A DNA stretch of 64,000 nt. It comes from Eledone cirrhosa. Its lineage: Eukaryota. The DNA lies in NCBI GenBank assembly GCA_964016885.1, contig OZ024742.1, positions 86,986,001 to 87,050,000 on the forward strand. Direction: 5' to 3'. This document shows positions 1 through 12,267 of this stretch, one piece after another; position 1 is the first letter of the stretch, and the number at the start of each line of letters is the position of its first letter. The notes below the pieces were generated by a model that did no database searches, was not told the DNA's origin, and saw nothing but the letters and a program-made list of their open reading frames with translations. Both the position numbers and the translations under genes were made by a program.

Positions 1-1372
1 CTACACAAACATACCTCACAACTATGGAATAACAGCAGTCCAATACTGGCTTAACACACACCCATCAGAAATACCGACACGCATCAACACAGATTTTATC
101 ACTGACGGACTCCGCTTTATCCTACAAAATAACTACTTCACATTCAATGGTTCAACATACAGACAAGTATCAGGTACGGCAATGGGCACGAAAGTAGCAC
201 CCACATATGCCAACCTAGTCATGGGATTCCATGAACAACAAATATACAGTCAGTCCCTTCTCTTATTTGGAGACTCTTTCCACACACACCTCAAAGCCAA
301 TTGGAAAAGATATCTAGACGACTGCTTTATCCTATGGCAAGAAGACATGAACTCACTTACTACGTTTAAAAACATGATAAACAACATAGATAATAACATA
401 CAATTCACAATGGAATCCAATCCTAAGGAATTAGCCTTCTTGGATATTCTCATCTCTGTAATAGACGGGAAATTAGATACAGATATATTCTATAAACCCA
501 CAGATTCCAAGCAATACCTCTTTTTCACATCAAGTCACCCAAAACATACAAAACTTAACATTCCTTACAATTTGGCCAAACGTATATGTACCATAGTATC
601 AGATCCACCTAAACGGGAGCAAAGACTAAAGGAACTAAAAGACACCCTTATCTTAAGAGCCTTTCCACTTGAAATAATCAACAATGGAATAGACAGGGCA
701 AAACACCTAAATCCCCATCAACTTAACAATCCAAAACAGAAAACCACACTCAACACCCTGCCATATGTATCCACTTTCAACCCCAGAAATACCGAAATGT
801 TTGATCACCTACACAAAAACCTCCCCATCCTACTTAAAGATGTAAAAATGAAGTCTATTCTTGAAACACACAAGATCCTTAAAAGTAAAAGACAACCCAA
901 ATCACTTAAACGCATTCTCACTGGACCAAATATACCCAAACCAATCCTCAACCCTACAGTTACCAAATGTGGTAGAACAAACTGTGGAACGTGCCTCTAC
1001 CTCACTGAAGGACAAACATTTACATTCAAAGATGGCCAAACATTTACAGTAAAAAACAATTTCACCTGCAACTCGGAGAACTTGATTTACGCAATAACTT
1101 GCGGTGGGTGCAAACACAACTACATAGGACAGACGGGCACCTCATTACGCAAAAGAATGACCATCCACCGCCAACAAATCCGGGACGCTAACACAAGAAA
1201 AATCCCCTTGAGCAGCCATATTGCGAACTGCGCAGGAATGACACTACCCAACTTTAAAATCTTCCCCTTCTACAAGTGCTCAGATTCGTTCACACAGCAA
1301 CAAAGAATAAACAAAGAAAATCTATTCCTTAACAAATTTAAACCAAAACTAAACGGGTTATCACCCCAATAG
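1..1372 (+). CDS. Penelope-like retroelement RT + C-terminal GIY-YIG endonuclease (Neptune-like), 5' part outside window
   Basis: Frame open from base 2 (YTNIPH...). RT motifs GTAMGTKVAPTYANL, WKRYLDD, FLDI, YKPTD; Cys-rich linker CGRTNCGTC; GIY-YIG as LIYAITCGGCKHNYIGQT...RMTIHR; no internal stop to 1372. Confidence 0.93.
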   Translation, partial: YTNIPHNYGITAVQYWLNTHPSEIPTRINTDFITDGLRFILQNNYFTFNGSTYRQVSGTAMGTKVAPTYANLVMGFHEQQIYSQSLLLFGDSFHTHLKANWKRYLDDCFILWQEDMNSLTTFKNMINNIDNNIQFTMESNPKELAFLDILISVIDGKLDTDIFYKPTDSKQYLFFTSSHPKHTKLNIPYNLAKRICTIVSDPPKREQRLKELKDTLILRAFPLEIINNGIDRAKHLNPHQLNNPKQKTTLNTLPYVSTFNPRNTEMFDHLHKNLPILLKDVKMKSILETHKILKSKRQPKSLKRILTGPNIPKPILNPTVTKCGRTNCGTCLYLTEGQTFTFKDGQTFTVKNNFTCNSENLIYAITCGGCKHNYIGQTGTSLRKRMTIHRQQIRDANTRKIPLSSHIANCAGMTLPNFKIFPFYKCSDSFTQQQRINKENLFLNKFKPKLNGLSPQ

Positions 1373-1654
1373 AATTGTCATAAAATATAAACACACATAC
1401 GCACGGAATCACTACTATTAAAGACCAGAGACCAATTCTGTAGAATCAGGTTTATTCATTGACAGACCATGCCTTTGTGTGACCAACACATCCATGTTAA
1501 ACCCTGCACGTGCACACACATATATCTATATATATATGCGCACACAGAATTCACCACTGTCGGTTGCGGGGCCCAATCTACATGAAGAACTCAATGTGAT
1601 CAGAATGACTTGTATTTTAATTTCACTGCCCCAACTTCTTATATCATGGAAAAA

Positions 1655-1667
1655 ATATATGTGTCTG

Positions 1668-1713
<46 letters not shown>

Positions 1714-2011
1714 AAGGCCATTTCTCTGTGTGTGCGTGTATGTATGTGTATATGTGTGTGTGCGTGTATGTGTGTGCATGTGGATGTATGTATTGTGTGT
1801 GCGTGTGTGTGTATGTATGTGGGTATCTGGATGTATGCGTATGTGTATATATATATATATATATGCGTGTGTGTGTGTGTGTGTGTATATATATATGTGT
1901 GTGTATGTGTGTGTATATATATGTGTGTGTGTGTGTATGTTTGTATGTGTGTATGTATATATATATGTGTGTGTGTGTGTATGTATGTGTGGGTGTGTGT
2001 GGGTGTGTGTG

Positions 2012-2082
<71 letters not shown>

Positions 2083-2285
2083 ATGTATGTGTGTATATGG
2101 ATGTATGTGTATATATATGTGTGTGTGTGTGTGTGTGTATATATATGTGTGTGTGTGTATGTGTGTATGTATATGTATGTGTGTGTGTATGTATGTGTGT
2201 ATATGTATATATATATATATATATATATGTATATGTATATGTATGTATGTGTGGATGAAGGTATGTGTGTATATATAGGTGTAAG
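1655..2285. repeat. Compound (TA)n/(TG)n microsatellite
   Basis: Directly visible; source of the YI/CV/HT low-complexity ORFs. Confidence 0.97.
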
Positions 2286-2582
2286 TGCACTAAATCCCTT
2301 TCTATCACGCTCCACTCTCCTACCCATCACAGGAAGATATGTGTGTGTATATTGCTTCCACCCCCTCACTGACCAGCAGCTGGCGATTGCTAAATCTGAC
2401 CTTTATAAAATAACCCACACCCCAAATAACTTCTCATTCACTACCAGAAAGGGACACAGCAGTCAACCTGTTGTTGCTACCAAGATGAAAACTGCTATGA
2501 AATCCCACAATGAATTTTATACTTGAATTTTCAAGTCTCAAATTTTAACTCTTCGTATTATTAATTTTTCTTAATATTAATC

Positions 2583-2629
2583 AACATTTGAAAAGATGGC
2601 TTTTGCAGACCATCGAAACCGGTCATTTT
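2583..2629 (+). ncRNA. Minimal type I hammerhead ribozyme variant (U3-A8 core)
   Basis: aacat-TTGAAAA-gatgg[cttttgcaga]ccatc-GAAA-c-cg-GTC-atttt: 5-bp stem II, palindromic stem III (ACCGGT), GUC site, stem I with one mismatch. Confidence 0.7.
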
Positions 2630-2765
2630 TTATACCCTTTATTATTTCCTTACCTTATAAAATTATGTTTTTTCACAAAAAAGTATTCTGTCTCTTATAT
2701 ATTCCATGTGCCATTACCAACCTCAATTTTCTCTATAACCTTCGCTTTGTGTAGAAAATTACACT

Positions 2766-2833
<68 letters not shown>

Positions 2834-2899
2834 TTATATTGCGTGTGAGTCAGTGTGTGTATGTGTGTATGTGCGTGTGTATGTGTGTGATTGTGTGTG

Positions 2900-3085
2900 A
2901 TATATATGAATATACGTAAAGTATATTTGATAATATACTCTATTTTCATTTTAAAATATTTTCAAGGCCTTTAGCTATGAATTTTTAAAGTAGTCACTAC
3001 GTCATATATTTAGTTTGAAAAATGTTTTTAAATAAACATAAAGTATATATTATCAAATATATTATACGTACATTCATATATACAT
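2900..3085. repeat. Short inverted repeat between TA/TG tracts
   Basis: tatatgaatatacgtaaagtatatttgataatatact (about 2902-2939) is near reverse complement of agtatatattatcaaatatattatacgtacattcatata (about 3042-3080). Confidence 0.75.
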
Positions 3086-3106
3086 TGATATTTCAGAGTA
3101 CCAATA

Positions 3107-3192
<86 letters not shown>

Positions 3193-4059
3193 CGTAATGT
3201 GTGCATCAGGTCAGTTGCTATGAAAGCTAGAATTAATCGTGCTTCTCAACATTTTGAATTATTTTCTATCCTTTTCATTGATTTGTTTTCTAGAGAATAC
3301 TTTCAAAATATGTACTCTAATTATCGTCGCTAATTCATACATTATGGTAGTTCAAATTCTAAAAGCGATAGAGAAAATATGAGAATGTTTTTATTAAAAA
3401 TGATAACATTGTTACAGTGTGCTGACTAGCATATACAATTTGGTGTGAGATTAAATTTAATCTTTAAATATCGGATTTAAAGAGAAACTGCATTTATGAA
3501 TTGTAGAATTCAAAAGCCAAATTATTGGAAGATATAAGAAACACGATTTGTATAATTTCAAAAATGATTGCAAACATCAACCTCTTAAAGTTGCACACAT
3601 TTAGTTTTACTTAGATAGAATTAACAGTTTCTACATGTAGGATGAGGAGCATAGTCGGGAGTGAAATGGGCATTAATGTAATTTATATACAAAACTATGT
3701 AATAGTGAAATTGCGGCAATAGACAGGATTACTAATCATTAAATACGTATTTTTTCTTATGATGAAAAAAGGGAAAATAACCAGGAATTGGATTTAAATA
3801 ACTGAATTATTTCTTTCCTTACTATATTAAGTATTGAAACGTTTTGAATTTAAATAATTGAATTATTTCGTTTTATTAAAAACACCAAGTGACTTCATAC
3901 TTCTGCTTTAGTCCAGCATTTTCTAGATTAATCAATCATTGAAATTTAAGTTTTAACACCACTCAATATTCCTAATTTACATAGGATATTGACTGGATAT
4001 TGACATCTCATTTCAGCACTTCGAAGGCGGCATCACCAGTAACTCTAGTTACCCAGCAG

Positions 4060-4135
<76 letters not shown>

Positions 4136-4301
4136 TATATATATACATATATATATATAAGTAGAAGGAATATTTAATTTGTTGGAAATCCGACAAATAT
4201 AAATATAAATGTTTATAACTGATTTAGAGTACTCAACAGTTTCCTGGAGTAAATATTCAATGATATTAAATAAATGGAAACTATATTTATAAAGCCATAT
4301 T

Positions 4302-4364
4302 TATTTTATTATATATATTTCAAGGGTACCAAAACACATTGGTACGCTTTCTTCAGATAAAATA
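4302..4364 (-). ncRNA. Minimal type I hammerhead ribozyme in inverted pseudo-LTR
   Basis: Minus strand: tattttat-CTGAAGA-aagcgtaccaatgtgttttggtaccctt-GAAA-t-atat-ATA-ataaaata; 8-bp stem I, stem II gtacca/tggtac, palindromic stem III loop. Confidence 0.85.
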
Positions 4365-4558
4365 CAAAGTCTGTTTTATAAATAGAGACATACCCAGGAA
4401 AATCATACCTGATGAGCTGGATATCCTCTGGATAGTGTAAATGTATTAGGGATTTTTCAAACTTATGGGTGAATATGCAAAGGAATATGTAAATAATTGA
4501 AAAACAACCGTTTATTTAAACGTCTATGGAGAGAGAAGAGAAGAAGGACAAAATAGTG

Positions 4559-4673
<115 letters not shown>

Positions 4674-5529
4674 GAGAGAGAGAAGAAGAAGGAAACAAGC
4701 GAAGATGAATAAACAATCTCATATAACGTTAATTTGAGGGAAGTATATTCGAACAATTAACTATGTATATATGTAAGTATATATCTTAATAGTATTTGTA
4801 TTTACATTAAAGGGATATTTTACGATTATTAGTTGTGTAAAATTTGTTTGCAATATAATATTTTTCTTCTGTTATATGTAAAGAAATAAATAAATAAATA
4901 GATGTGTATATCATTTTATAGATAGTTATTCTAATTAGCTATGAGGGATATTGGTTTTGTATTTTATGTAAATAAATATGTATTTAAAATTGGGAATGAT
5001 TTAAAATTAAATTAACTGAGTTAAGTAAGAATATTTATATTTATATGATTGAAAAGGGAAGATAAGTAAAAAAAACTCCGGTTTTATTTATTTATTCATT
5101 AATGTGAGACTATTTAGTAAAAATAAATATGGATGTTTAAGATACATTTAGCCAGAATCAGATAGTGGTTTTTAATCTATTGAAAGAATATTGAAGAAAT
5201 ATTTAAAAAAATTAAAAACATTTTCTTTTTTTATTTTGATAAAAATGTAGTAAAATGTTGAGAAAATAAAAAAATAAAAATGTTTAAATAATTTCTTAAG
5301 AGATAAGTAATTGTTAAAGAAATAAAAAAATGATTACAATAAACATTATTAAATAATTATTTAATATCATTGAATATTTACTCCATGACTTGTTGATTGC
5401 TCTAAATCAGTTATACACATTTATATTTATATTTATATTTGTCGGATTTCCATCAAATTAAATACCCCTTCTACTTATAAATAGCTATTTTAATGTTGAA
5501 CACTTTAAATTATAACTGGTTGTTAAATA

Positions 5530-7750
5530 ATGGAATTCTTTAGGATTTCTTCTTCTCTAAAATATGTAGATTTAGCTAAGAATAAGGACTATCTTAAACA
5601 ACTCATTGAGAAAGCTGACCCCTGTATACGAAGACTTTGATGGCGTGCCTTACATTTCGATAGAAAATCAGAGGGAAAAACAAATAAATCCAGTTACAAC
5701 TTCGACATGATCTTCAAATCCAAGCAGAATCCACCTAACAACAAACTAGTAATGGAATTTGAAAATGAAATAATATCGATTATACAAAACATCAAATACA
5801 AGAAAAAACAATTTGTAGGCCAAGAATACCTTAAATAATAATAGACAATCTTGAAAATACTGAGGAGATCCTCGTAAAATCTGATAAAACTAACAATCTA
5901 TATGGAATGCAAAAGGACGAATACAATAACTTTATATTGAAAGAACTAAGGACAAACTACAAAATAACAACTAATGAAGAGCTTGAAATGGTAAATCGAA
6001 AAGTTTCTGAAATAATTTATAAATTAGTCATCGAAAATAGAACCGAACCCTTTATACGTAGAAGTCAGAAAATTAACCTGAAAGACCTCAAAAGAAACTT
6101 TGAAATAGAACTACCAGTCAGACTTATAGCACCATCTAAATCAGACTTAGGCAGAGTTAGTAAACATATATTAGATAGAATCGTACAGCAACTTAAACAA
6201 ATATCTTACCTAAAACTATGGAACGATACTAATGAGGTTATAGATTCGTTCAATAACATAAAATTTAAACATAACAACGAATACATTCAAATTAATATTG
6301 CAAACTACTACTACTCTATTACTCTTAGTTTACTTAATGAAGCTCTTATCTAAACATACAGATTTATCTAGTGAAGAAATGCATATCAGTCTAACTACAC
6401 GGAAAACATTAATTGAATTCAACAATCATCTCTGGACAAGTGCCGATAGAAAAAATTATTTTGATATTACGATGGGATCATCTGAATCTGTGCAAATAAC
6501 GGATCTTGTGGGGTCATTTATTAATAATACGCTGCATAGGAAAATACCAGAGATGACCGGTGGTTTATATCGTGATGATATGCTGCTTTTAATTGAACAT
6601 TATAATAATTGTGAAATTAATAGGAAAAGAAAATCTATAATACAATTCTTCGATAACTACAACCTTAATTTAGAAATAGAGAATGACTATAAAATTGTTA
6701 ACCTTTTAGACGTAACATTAAACCTTAGCACATGCTTCTACTATCCATTCCATAAAATTAATGAGAATCTAAACAATGTAAGTTTTTACTCTAATCATCC
6801 TAGATCTATCAAGAACACTTTGTCAATTGTGTTCAACAACGGATTTCACGCATCGCCGCTAATAAAAACATTTTTGATGATAAGGATGAATATTATAATG
6901 AAGCTTTAAATAGAGCAGCGTATATAAATAAAATTAAATACATCGACAACAATAATAAAGCAAATCACCCTACTATTAATTGTAATAATAATAAAAACAT
7001 GTAACTTAAACTCTAAAACTAACAGAAGAAGTAGAACTATAAATATTATTTGGTACTCACACCCGTTCTCATTAAGCGTGAAAAAACCTTTAGCAAAGCA
7101 ATTCTTTAAAGCACTAGATACATATTTTCCTAAAACCCACATATACCACTCAATCTTTAACAGACATACTATAAAACTATCCTACTCTACTACTATGAAC
7201 ATAGCAGAACATATAAATAGAATTAATAATAGAAACTTAAATTTAAACCCTAAACAAAATAACCAAAATAGCATTAATATTTCTAGCAATATCCAATAGT
7301 ACCGTTCCGAGCAACACCAATACCTCAAAATATAACGGTAGAATTAAATCAAACTGTCCTTTACAAAATAAGTGTTTAGATAAAAACATGGTCTATAAAT
7401 GCACAGTTAAAACTAGTGATAATATATGTAACTATGTCGGTGCTACTTCTACAGAATTTAAAATTCGCTGGAATAACCACAATTTTTCTTTCCGAAGATT
7501 TCATAAAACAATCTTCAACTTTTATTTCAAACCTAATATGGAACTTAAAAAGCAAGAATAGACTATTCATTAGTTTGGAAAACAGTCTCATGGCACCCGC
7601 GTCAGGAAACACAGCTTTATCTAGATTCTGTAAATTGTGTATTGAGGAATTTTTTTTATATAATTAACTGTAAAAACTCTATTAATCTAAGAACGAATTT
7701 ATTTAATTCTTGTAGACATCGCCAGAATTCAACATTCAGAACTATATATA
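5530..7750 (+). pseudogene. Frameshifted PLE RT-endonuclease ORF (GLYRDD-type RT)
   Basis: ORF pieces 5907-6353 (PVRLIAPSKSDLGRVSKHILD), 6298-6909 (FDITMGS, GLYRDD, LDVTLNL, SNHP), 7078-7299 (IFNRHTIKLSYS), 7416-7667 (CKLCIEE). Confidence 0.85.
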
Positions 7751-7892
7751 ACTTATAATTATACTTATAATGTTCCTATTAATCTCCCTAACAATCTCAT
7801 CTACATGGTTTTAATATACTGATATCTCTAAATCATAATATCTCTAACATTTGCTGTATTTCCACTTCTTGAAAATGTTCATATAATCATAA

Positions 7893-8794
7893 TCTATAAA
7901 GCTCAGTGTGTGGTCATGCTCCTTCGTTATAGAAATCTACGATATAGAATTTCTTCAATAGAAATCTACAAATTAGCATTAGAAATAGTTTCGATTGCGT
8001 CTTGACGCAGATATCTTTTTCAATTTCACCCACAATTACGCAAAAAATAGATAAAACTCAATATTTTACGAATTTTCTCTCTCATTTAAACTGCTGAAAC
8101 CTGTCTACTACCATTCAAAATCTATACAACTTCATACTTCTGCTACTTTCTCTTTCCAAGCTTGATGGTGATACTGTCCGTTCACACCTCTCCCTACTGT
8201 CTTAAATTTAGAAAAAAACATATCCTCTATGAGGTTACTAAACCTGCTAGAATCAGCAGCTAACTCTCCCCCATATAACACCCCTCCCCACACCACTCCC
8301 TACTGTCTTAAATTTAGAAAACATATCTTCTATGAGGTCACTAAACCTGCTAGAAACAGCAGCTAAATCTCCCCATATCACACCACTCCCTACTGTCTTC
8401 AATTTAGAAAACACATATCCTCTATGAGGTCACTAAACCTGCTAGAAACAACAGCTAACTCTCCCTCATATCACAACCCTTCCTACTGTCTCAAATTTAG
8501 AAAACACACAGACAACCATGCAGAACAACTCCACCGCAGCTATGTTGTTCGGCTGGCATCGTCTACGCGCGTGTTGCGCAAGTACTGTGAAACAATAAAT
8601 TTCAACACTTTTTTGCACAGAGATAATATCCATAGGCGAAACTACAATTGTCACTGCTGGCGCAGCTCATGCTTCCGGGTCTGCAATTCATTCACCCAGT
8701 GCCTGGCAGACAAAAAAGTGCTGCCATAAAATGGGTGGTGCAACCTAACTTTGGTAACTTAATGACCCCGAGCAACGCCGGGCTGTAATGTTAG
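7893..8794 (+). mobile_element. Probable non-autonomous Helitron nested in the PLE
   Basis: Starts a|TCTATAAAGCTCAG; ends with GC hairpin cccgagcaacgccggg then TTAG|t (degenerate CTAG); internal minisatellite. The 5' end is less certain. Confidence 0.6.
8184..8508 (+). repeat. About 90-bp minisatellite, about 3.4 units
   Basis: Unit cacaccactccctactgtcttaaatttagaaaacatatcctctatgaggtcactaaacctgctagaaacagcagctaactctccccatat recurs at about 8184, 8289, 8379 and 8472 (partial). Confidence 0.92.
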
Positions 8795-8801
8795 TATAAC
8801 A

Positions 8802-8960
8802 TAATTGTTTCTACTTTAGGCACAAGGCCAGCAATTAACCAGTACATTACTGGTACTTTATTTTTTCGACCCCGTAAGGATGAAAGGCAAAGTTAACCTC
8901 GGCGGGATTTGAATTCAGACTGTAAATGGATGTAAGTATGCTAGAAAGCATGGCGTCCAA
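8802..8960 (-). mobile_element. tRNA-derived SINE (Meta-domain-like core), 5' truncated
   Basis: Reverse complement of ...ttcaaatcccgccgaggttaactttgcctttcatccttacggggtcga...ggccttgtgcctaaagtagaaacaatta. Confidence 0.9.
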
Positions 8961-9348
8961 TATAATATAATATAATATAATATATACGTATATAATTCTA
9001 CATTTTTTAAAATTTTTATTTTAATCATGTTTTATTTCTTTAAAAATTACTTAACTACTTATCTCTTAAAGAATTATTTAAAAAAAATGTTTTTTAAAAT
9101 TTTCTCAAATATTTTTTCAAAACTTTTTCAATATGTTTTCAATATTTTTTCATTATGTTTTCCATATTTTCTCAATATTTTTTCAATATATTAATAACAA
9201 CTAACTGCATCTGGCTAAATCTCTCTTAAACATCCATACTTATTTTCACTAAATAGTCTCACACTAACGAATACATAAATAAAACCGGATTTTTTTTTAC
9301 TTATCTTCCCTTTTCAATCATATAAATATAAATATTCTTACTTACCTC

Positions 9349-9379
<31 letters not shown>

Positions 9380-9922
9380 ATCAGTCTAAATTTTAAATAC
9401 ATATTTATTTACATAAAATACCAAACCAATATCCCTCATTAGAACAACTATCTATAACATGATATACCCAACTCTTTATTTATTTATCTACTTACAACAG
9501 AGGAAAAATATTATATTATAAACCAATTTTAAACAACTAATAATCGTAAAATATCCCTATAATATAAATACACATACTATTAATATATATACTTACATAT
9601 ATAAATAGATAATTGTTCGAATATATTTCCCTCAAATTAACGTTATATGAGTTTTTTTTATTCATCTTCGCTTTTTTCATCCCCCCCTCTATCTCTCTCT
9701 CTTCCTCTCTCTCTCTCTCTCGTTATTTTGTCCTTCTCGTCTTCTGTCCTTCTCTCTCCATAGTCGTTTAAATAAACGGTTGTTTTTCAATTATTTAAAT
9801 ATTCATTTGAATATTCACCCATACGTTTGAAAAATCCCTAATACATTTCCACTATCCAGAGAATATCCAACTGATAAGGTACGATTTTCCTGGGTATGTC
9901 TCTATTTATAAAACAAACTTTG

Positions 9923-9985
9923 TATTTTATCTGAAGAAAGCGTACCAAAGTGTTTTGGTACCCTTGAAATATAAATAATAAAATA
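9923..9985 (+). ncRNA. Minimal type I hammerhead ribozyme in 3' pseudo-LTR
   Basis: tattttat-CTGAAGA-aagcgtaccaaagtgttttggtaccctt-GAAA-t-ataa-ATA-ataaaata. Confidence 0.83.
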
Positions 9986-10131
9986 AATATGGTTTTATAA
10001 ATATAGTTTCCATTTATTTAATATCATCGTATATATATATACATTGTATATATATATACTCCCAAAGTATAACAATATCGGTTTCAACACACGTTTGGAG
10101 ACAAAGAATCTTGCTAAACAAATTCAGAAAC

Positions 10132-10209
<78 letters not shown>

Positions 10210-11033
10210 GATAATTTAATATATCTACTAACATAAGCGCACATATGTACGCCAATGCCAGCAAATACACATATATATATATATAGTTGTAGCAAAACAT
10301 ATATAATACTTTCCATTTGATAAGGTGCATTCGGGGATTTACCATCGTGCAAAAATGTTCTATTGCTCTGTTTTTAAATCATTTTAAATAATGAATTAAC
10401 GTTCCTAATTTATTCCGGTTTGTTTTGTTACTGTAATCAGCCAATAAGATATTTATTATTACTCCTAACAATGTTTTCACATTGAGTTAATTGAAACTTA
10501 CTTGCTAAATTACAACCACAATTTTAACACCTTTTTCTATCAATTACACTTCATTGCTCACTTTGACATTGCTATTGGTTAGCAGTTAATTATCTTGGAT
10601 GACCTGAACTGTATTTATCAAACACAAAAAATACATTAACTTATTTATACTTTTTATCTGATACAACATTGTAAAAGAAATGTTTCAATGTTTTAAATCA
10701 ACTTTCGCAATTGTAATACAACAATAGCATATATCTGCTAAAGGAATTCACTATAAAAGTTTTCGAAACGAATATATAATTAAAGTCGCGGAATTACAAT
10801 TTATCAGTCAATGAGAACATTCCATGTTATTAAAAGTTTTGGTGTATTAAAAAAAAGAATGTAGATGAAATTGTATTATTAATTAGATATTTGTGCGTAT
10901 CCTGCACAATTAAAATACTCTTCGTAGGAAGCTTACAGAGTAGTATATATTGCACTAAATTAAATATATATTATACTTGCCGATGCTAGAGAACAACAAC
11001 ATTGATGTCCGAAAATGTTGACGTATATGAAGA

Positions 11034-11064
<31 letters not shown>

Positions 11065-11272
11065 TAGATTAATTAGAATTGAAATCAATGTTACAGAATA
11101 TGCAGAAATATCATCGGCATATCAGAATTTAATCGGAATCGAACAGCTAAGGGTCTGATAACAAATATGGAGTCCCTTTTCTACATCTCATCTGATATAC
11201 GATATTATATGAGCAGAGGTACGAATAAACCATTCATCACCTCGGATATATATATATTATATATATATATAC

Positions 11273-11345
<73 letters not shown>

Positions 11346-11464
11346 TGTGTGTGTGAGTTCGTGTGTGTGTGTGTGCGTGTGTGTGAGTGTGTATTTATTT
11401 AGTTAGAAAGTGAACAACACAAAAATATAACTACTCCACTACCAAATGTTTCTGATTCACAGAC

Positions 11465-11573
11465 AATAATAATATATACGTCTGGATCCGTCGTCAGATA
11501 GAGTTGTTATAGATCATATATTTTAGCTATAACATCTCTATCTGACGACCGATTCAGACGTATATATTATTAT

Positions 11574-11574
<1 letters not shown>
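11465..11574. repeat. Fold-back hairpin adjacent to (TA)n
   Basis: Arms about 11465-11512 and 11527-11574 are near-perfect reverse complements; the right arm contains CTGACGA. Confidence 0.9.
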
Positions 11575-11630
<56 letters not shown>

Positions 11631-11637
<7 letters not shown>

Positions 11638-11740
11638 TAAAGTAACATATTAATGTTTAAGCAAAAAATCGCTGCTTTCACCCGTTAAGGGTGAAAGCAG
11701 CGATTCTTTGATTAAAATGTTATCTGTTATTTTTATAAAT
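11631..11740. repeat. Fold-back hairpin adjacent to (TA)n
   Basis: aatcgctgctttcaccc-gttaa-gggtgaaagcagcgatt core with imperfect outer arms. Confidence 0.88.
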
Positions 11741-11837
11741 ATTTGATCTACAGTTCTCGTATATTTGTTATATGTTTATCCTGATCGACCCCTCTTCAGA
11801 TTTTAGTCTTCAAATTTATTATTATTACTATATATAA

Positions 11838-11893
<56 letters not shown>

Positions 11894-11896
<3 letters not shown>

Positions 11897-12112
11897 ATCA
11901 AAAGATGGTTAAATGAGTTCCATGTATTTTATTATACGCATTTCAAAAACAAATATCATCATGGAATAACATTTGTGTTTTCATCAGATAAAATAGGAAG
12001 ACATGATATGAAGGTTAAAAACACTTGTGGATAGTGCAGTTTTAAATCAACATACGTTGATATTTGTTTTTGATAAAATACATGGAACTCATTTAACCAT
12101 CTTTTGATATTA
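11894..12112 (-). mobile_element. Short fold-back insert (PLE-derived) carrying a hammerhead
   Basis: Terminal inverted arms atcaaaagatggttaaatgagttccatgtattttat / ataaaatacatggaactcatttaaccatcttttgat; abuts (TA)n. Confidence 0.8.
11925..11995 (-). ncRNA. Minimal type I hammerhead ribozyme
   Basis: Minus: tattttat-CTGATGA-aaacacaaatgttatt[ccat]gatgatatttgttttt-GAAA-t-gcgt-ATA-ataaaata; 8-bp stem I, 16-bp stem II with one mismatch. Confidence 0.85.
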
Positions 12113-12204
12113 TATATTATGTATACTCCAGTCCTACACACTGTACAGTGCTTCTTATCCGATATTTGCATTGCTTTATTGTACGACAATAAAACTTACC
12201 TCTT

Positions 12205-12261
<57 letters not shown>

Positions 12262-12267
<6 letters not shown>

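Larger units (their letters stand above)
1..2770 (+). mobile_element. Penelope-like element including 3' UTR/pseudo-LTR, ending in (TA)n
   Basis: ORF above, then an HHR-like motif at 2583-2629 and a (TA)n tract from about 2770. The 3' boundary is inferred. Confidence 0.7.

Noticed and set aside
1479-2526. Long YI/CV/HT-rich ORFs (also at 17.4, 24.7 and 43.5 kb)
   Set aside because: Translations of TA, TG and GA microsatellites that lack stop codons; no protein signal.
4408-4445. CTGATGA at about 4409 (also 19300 and 44078) as further hammerheads
   Set aside because: No correctly placed stem II-GAAA-NUH-stem I could be completed.
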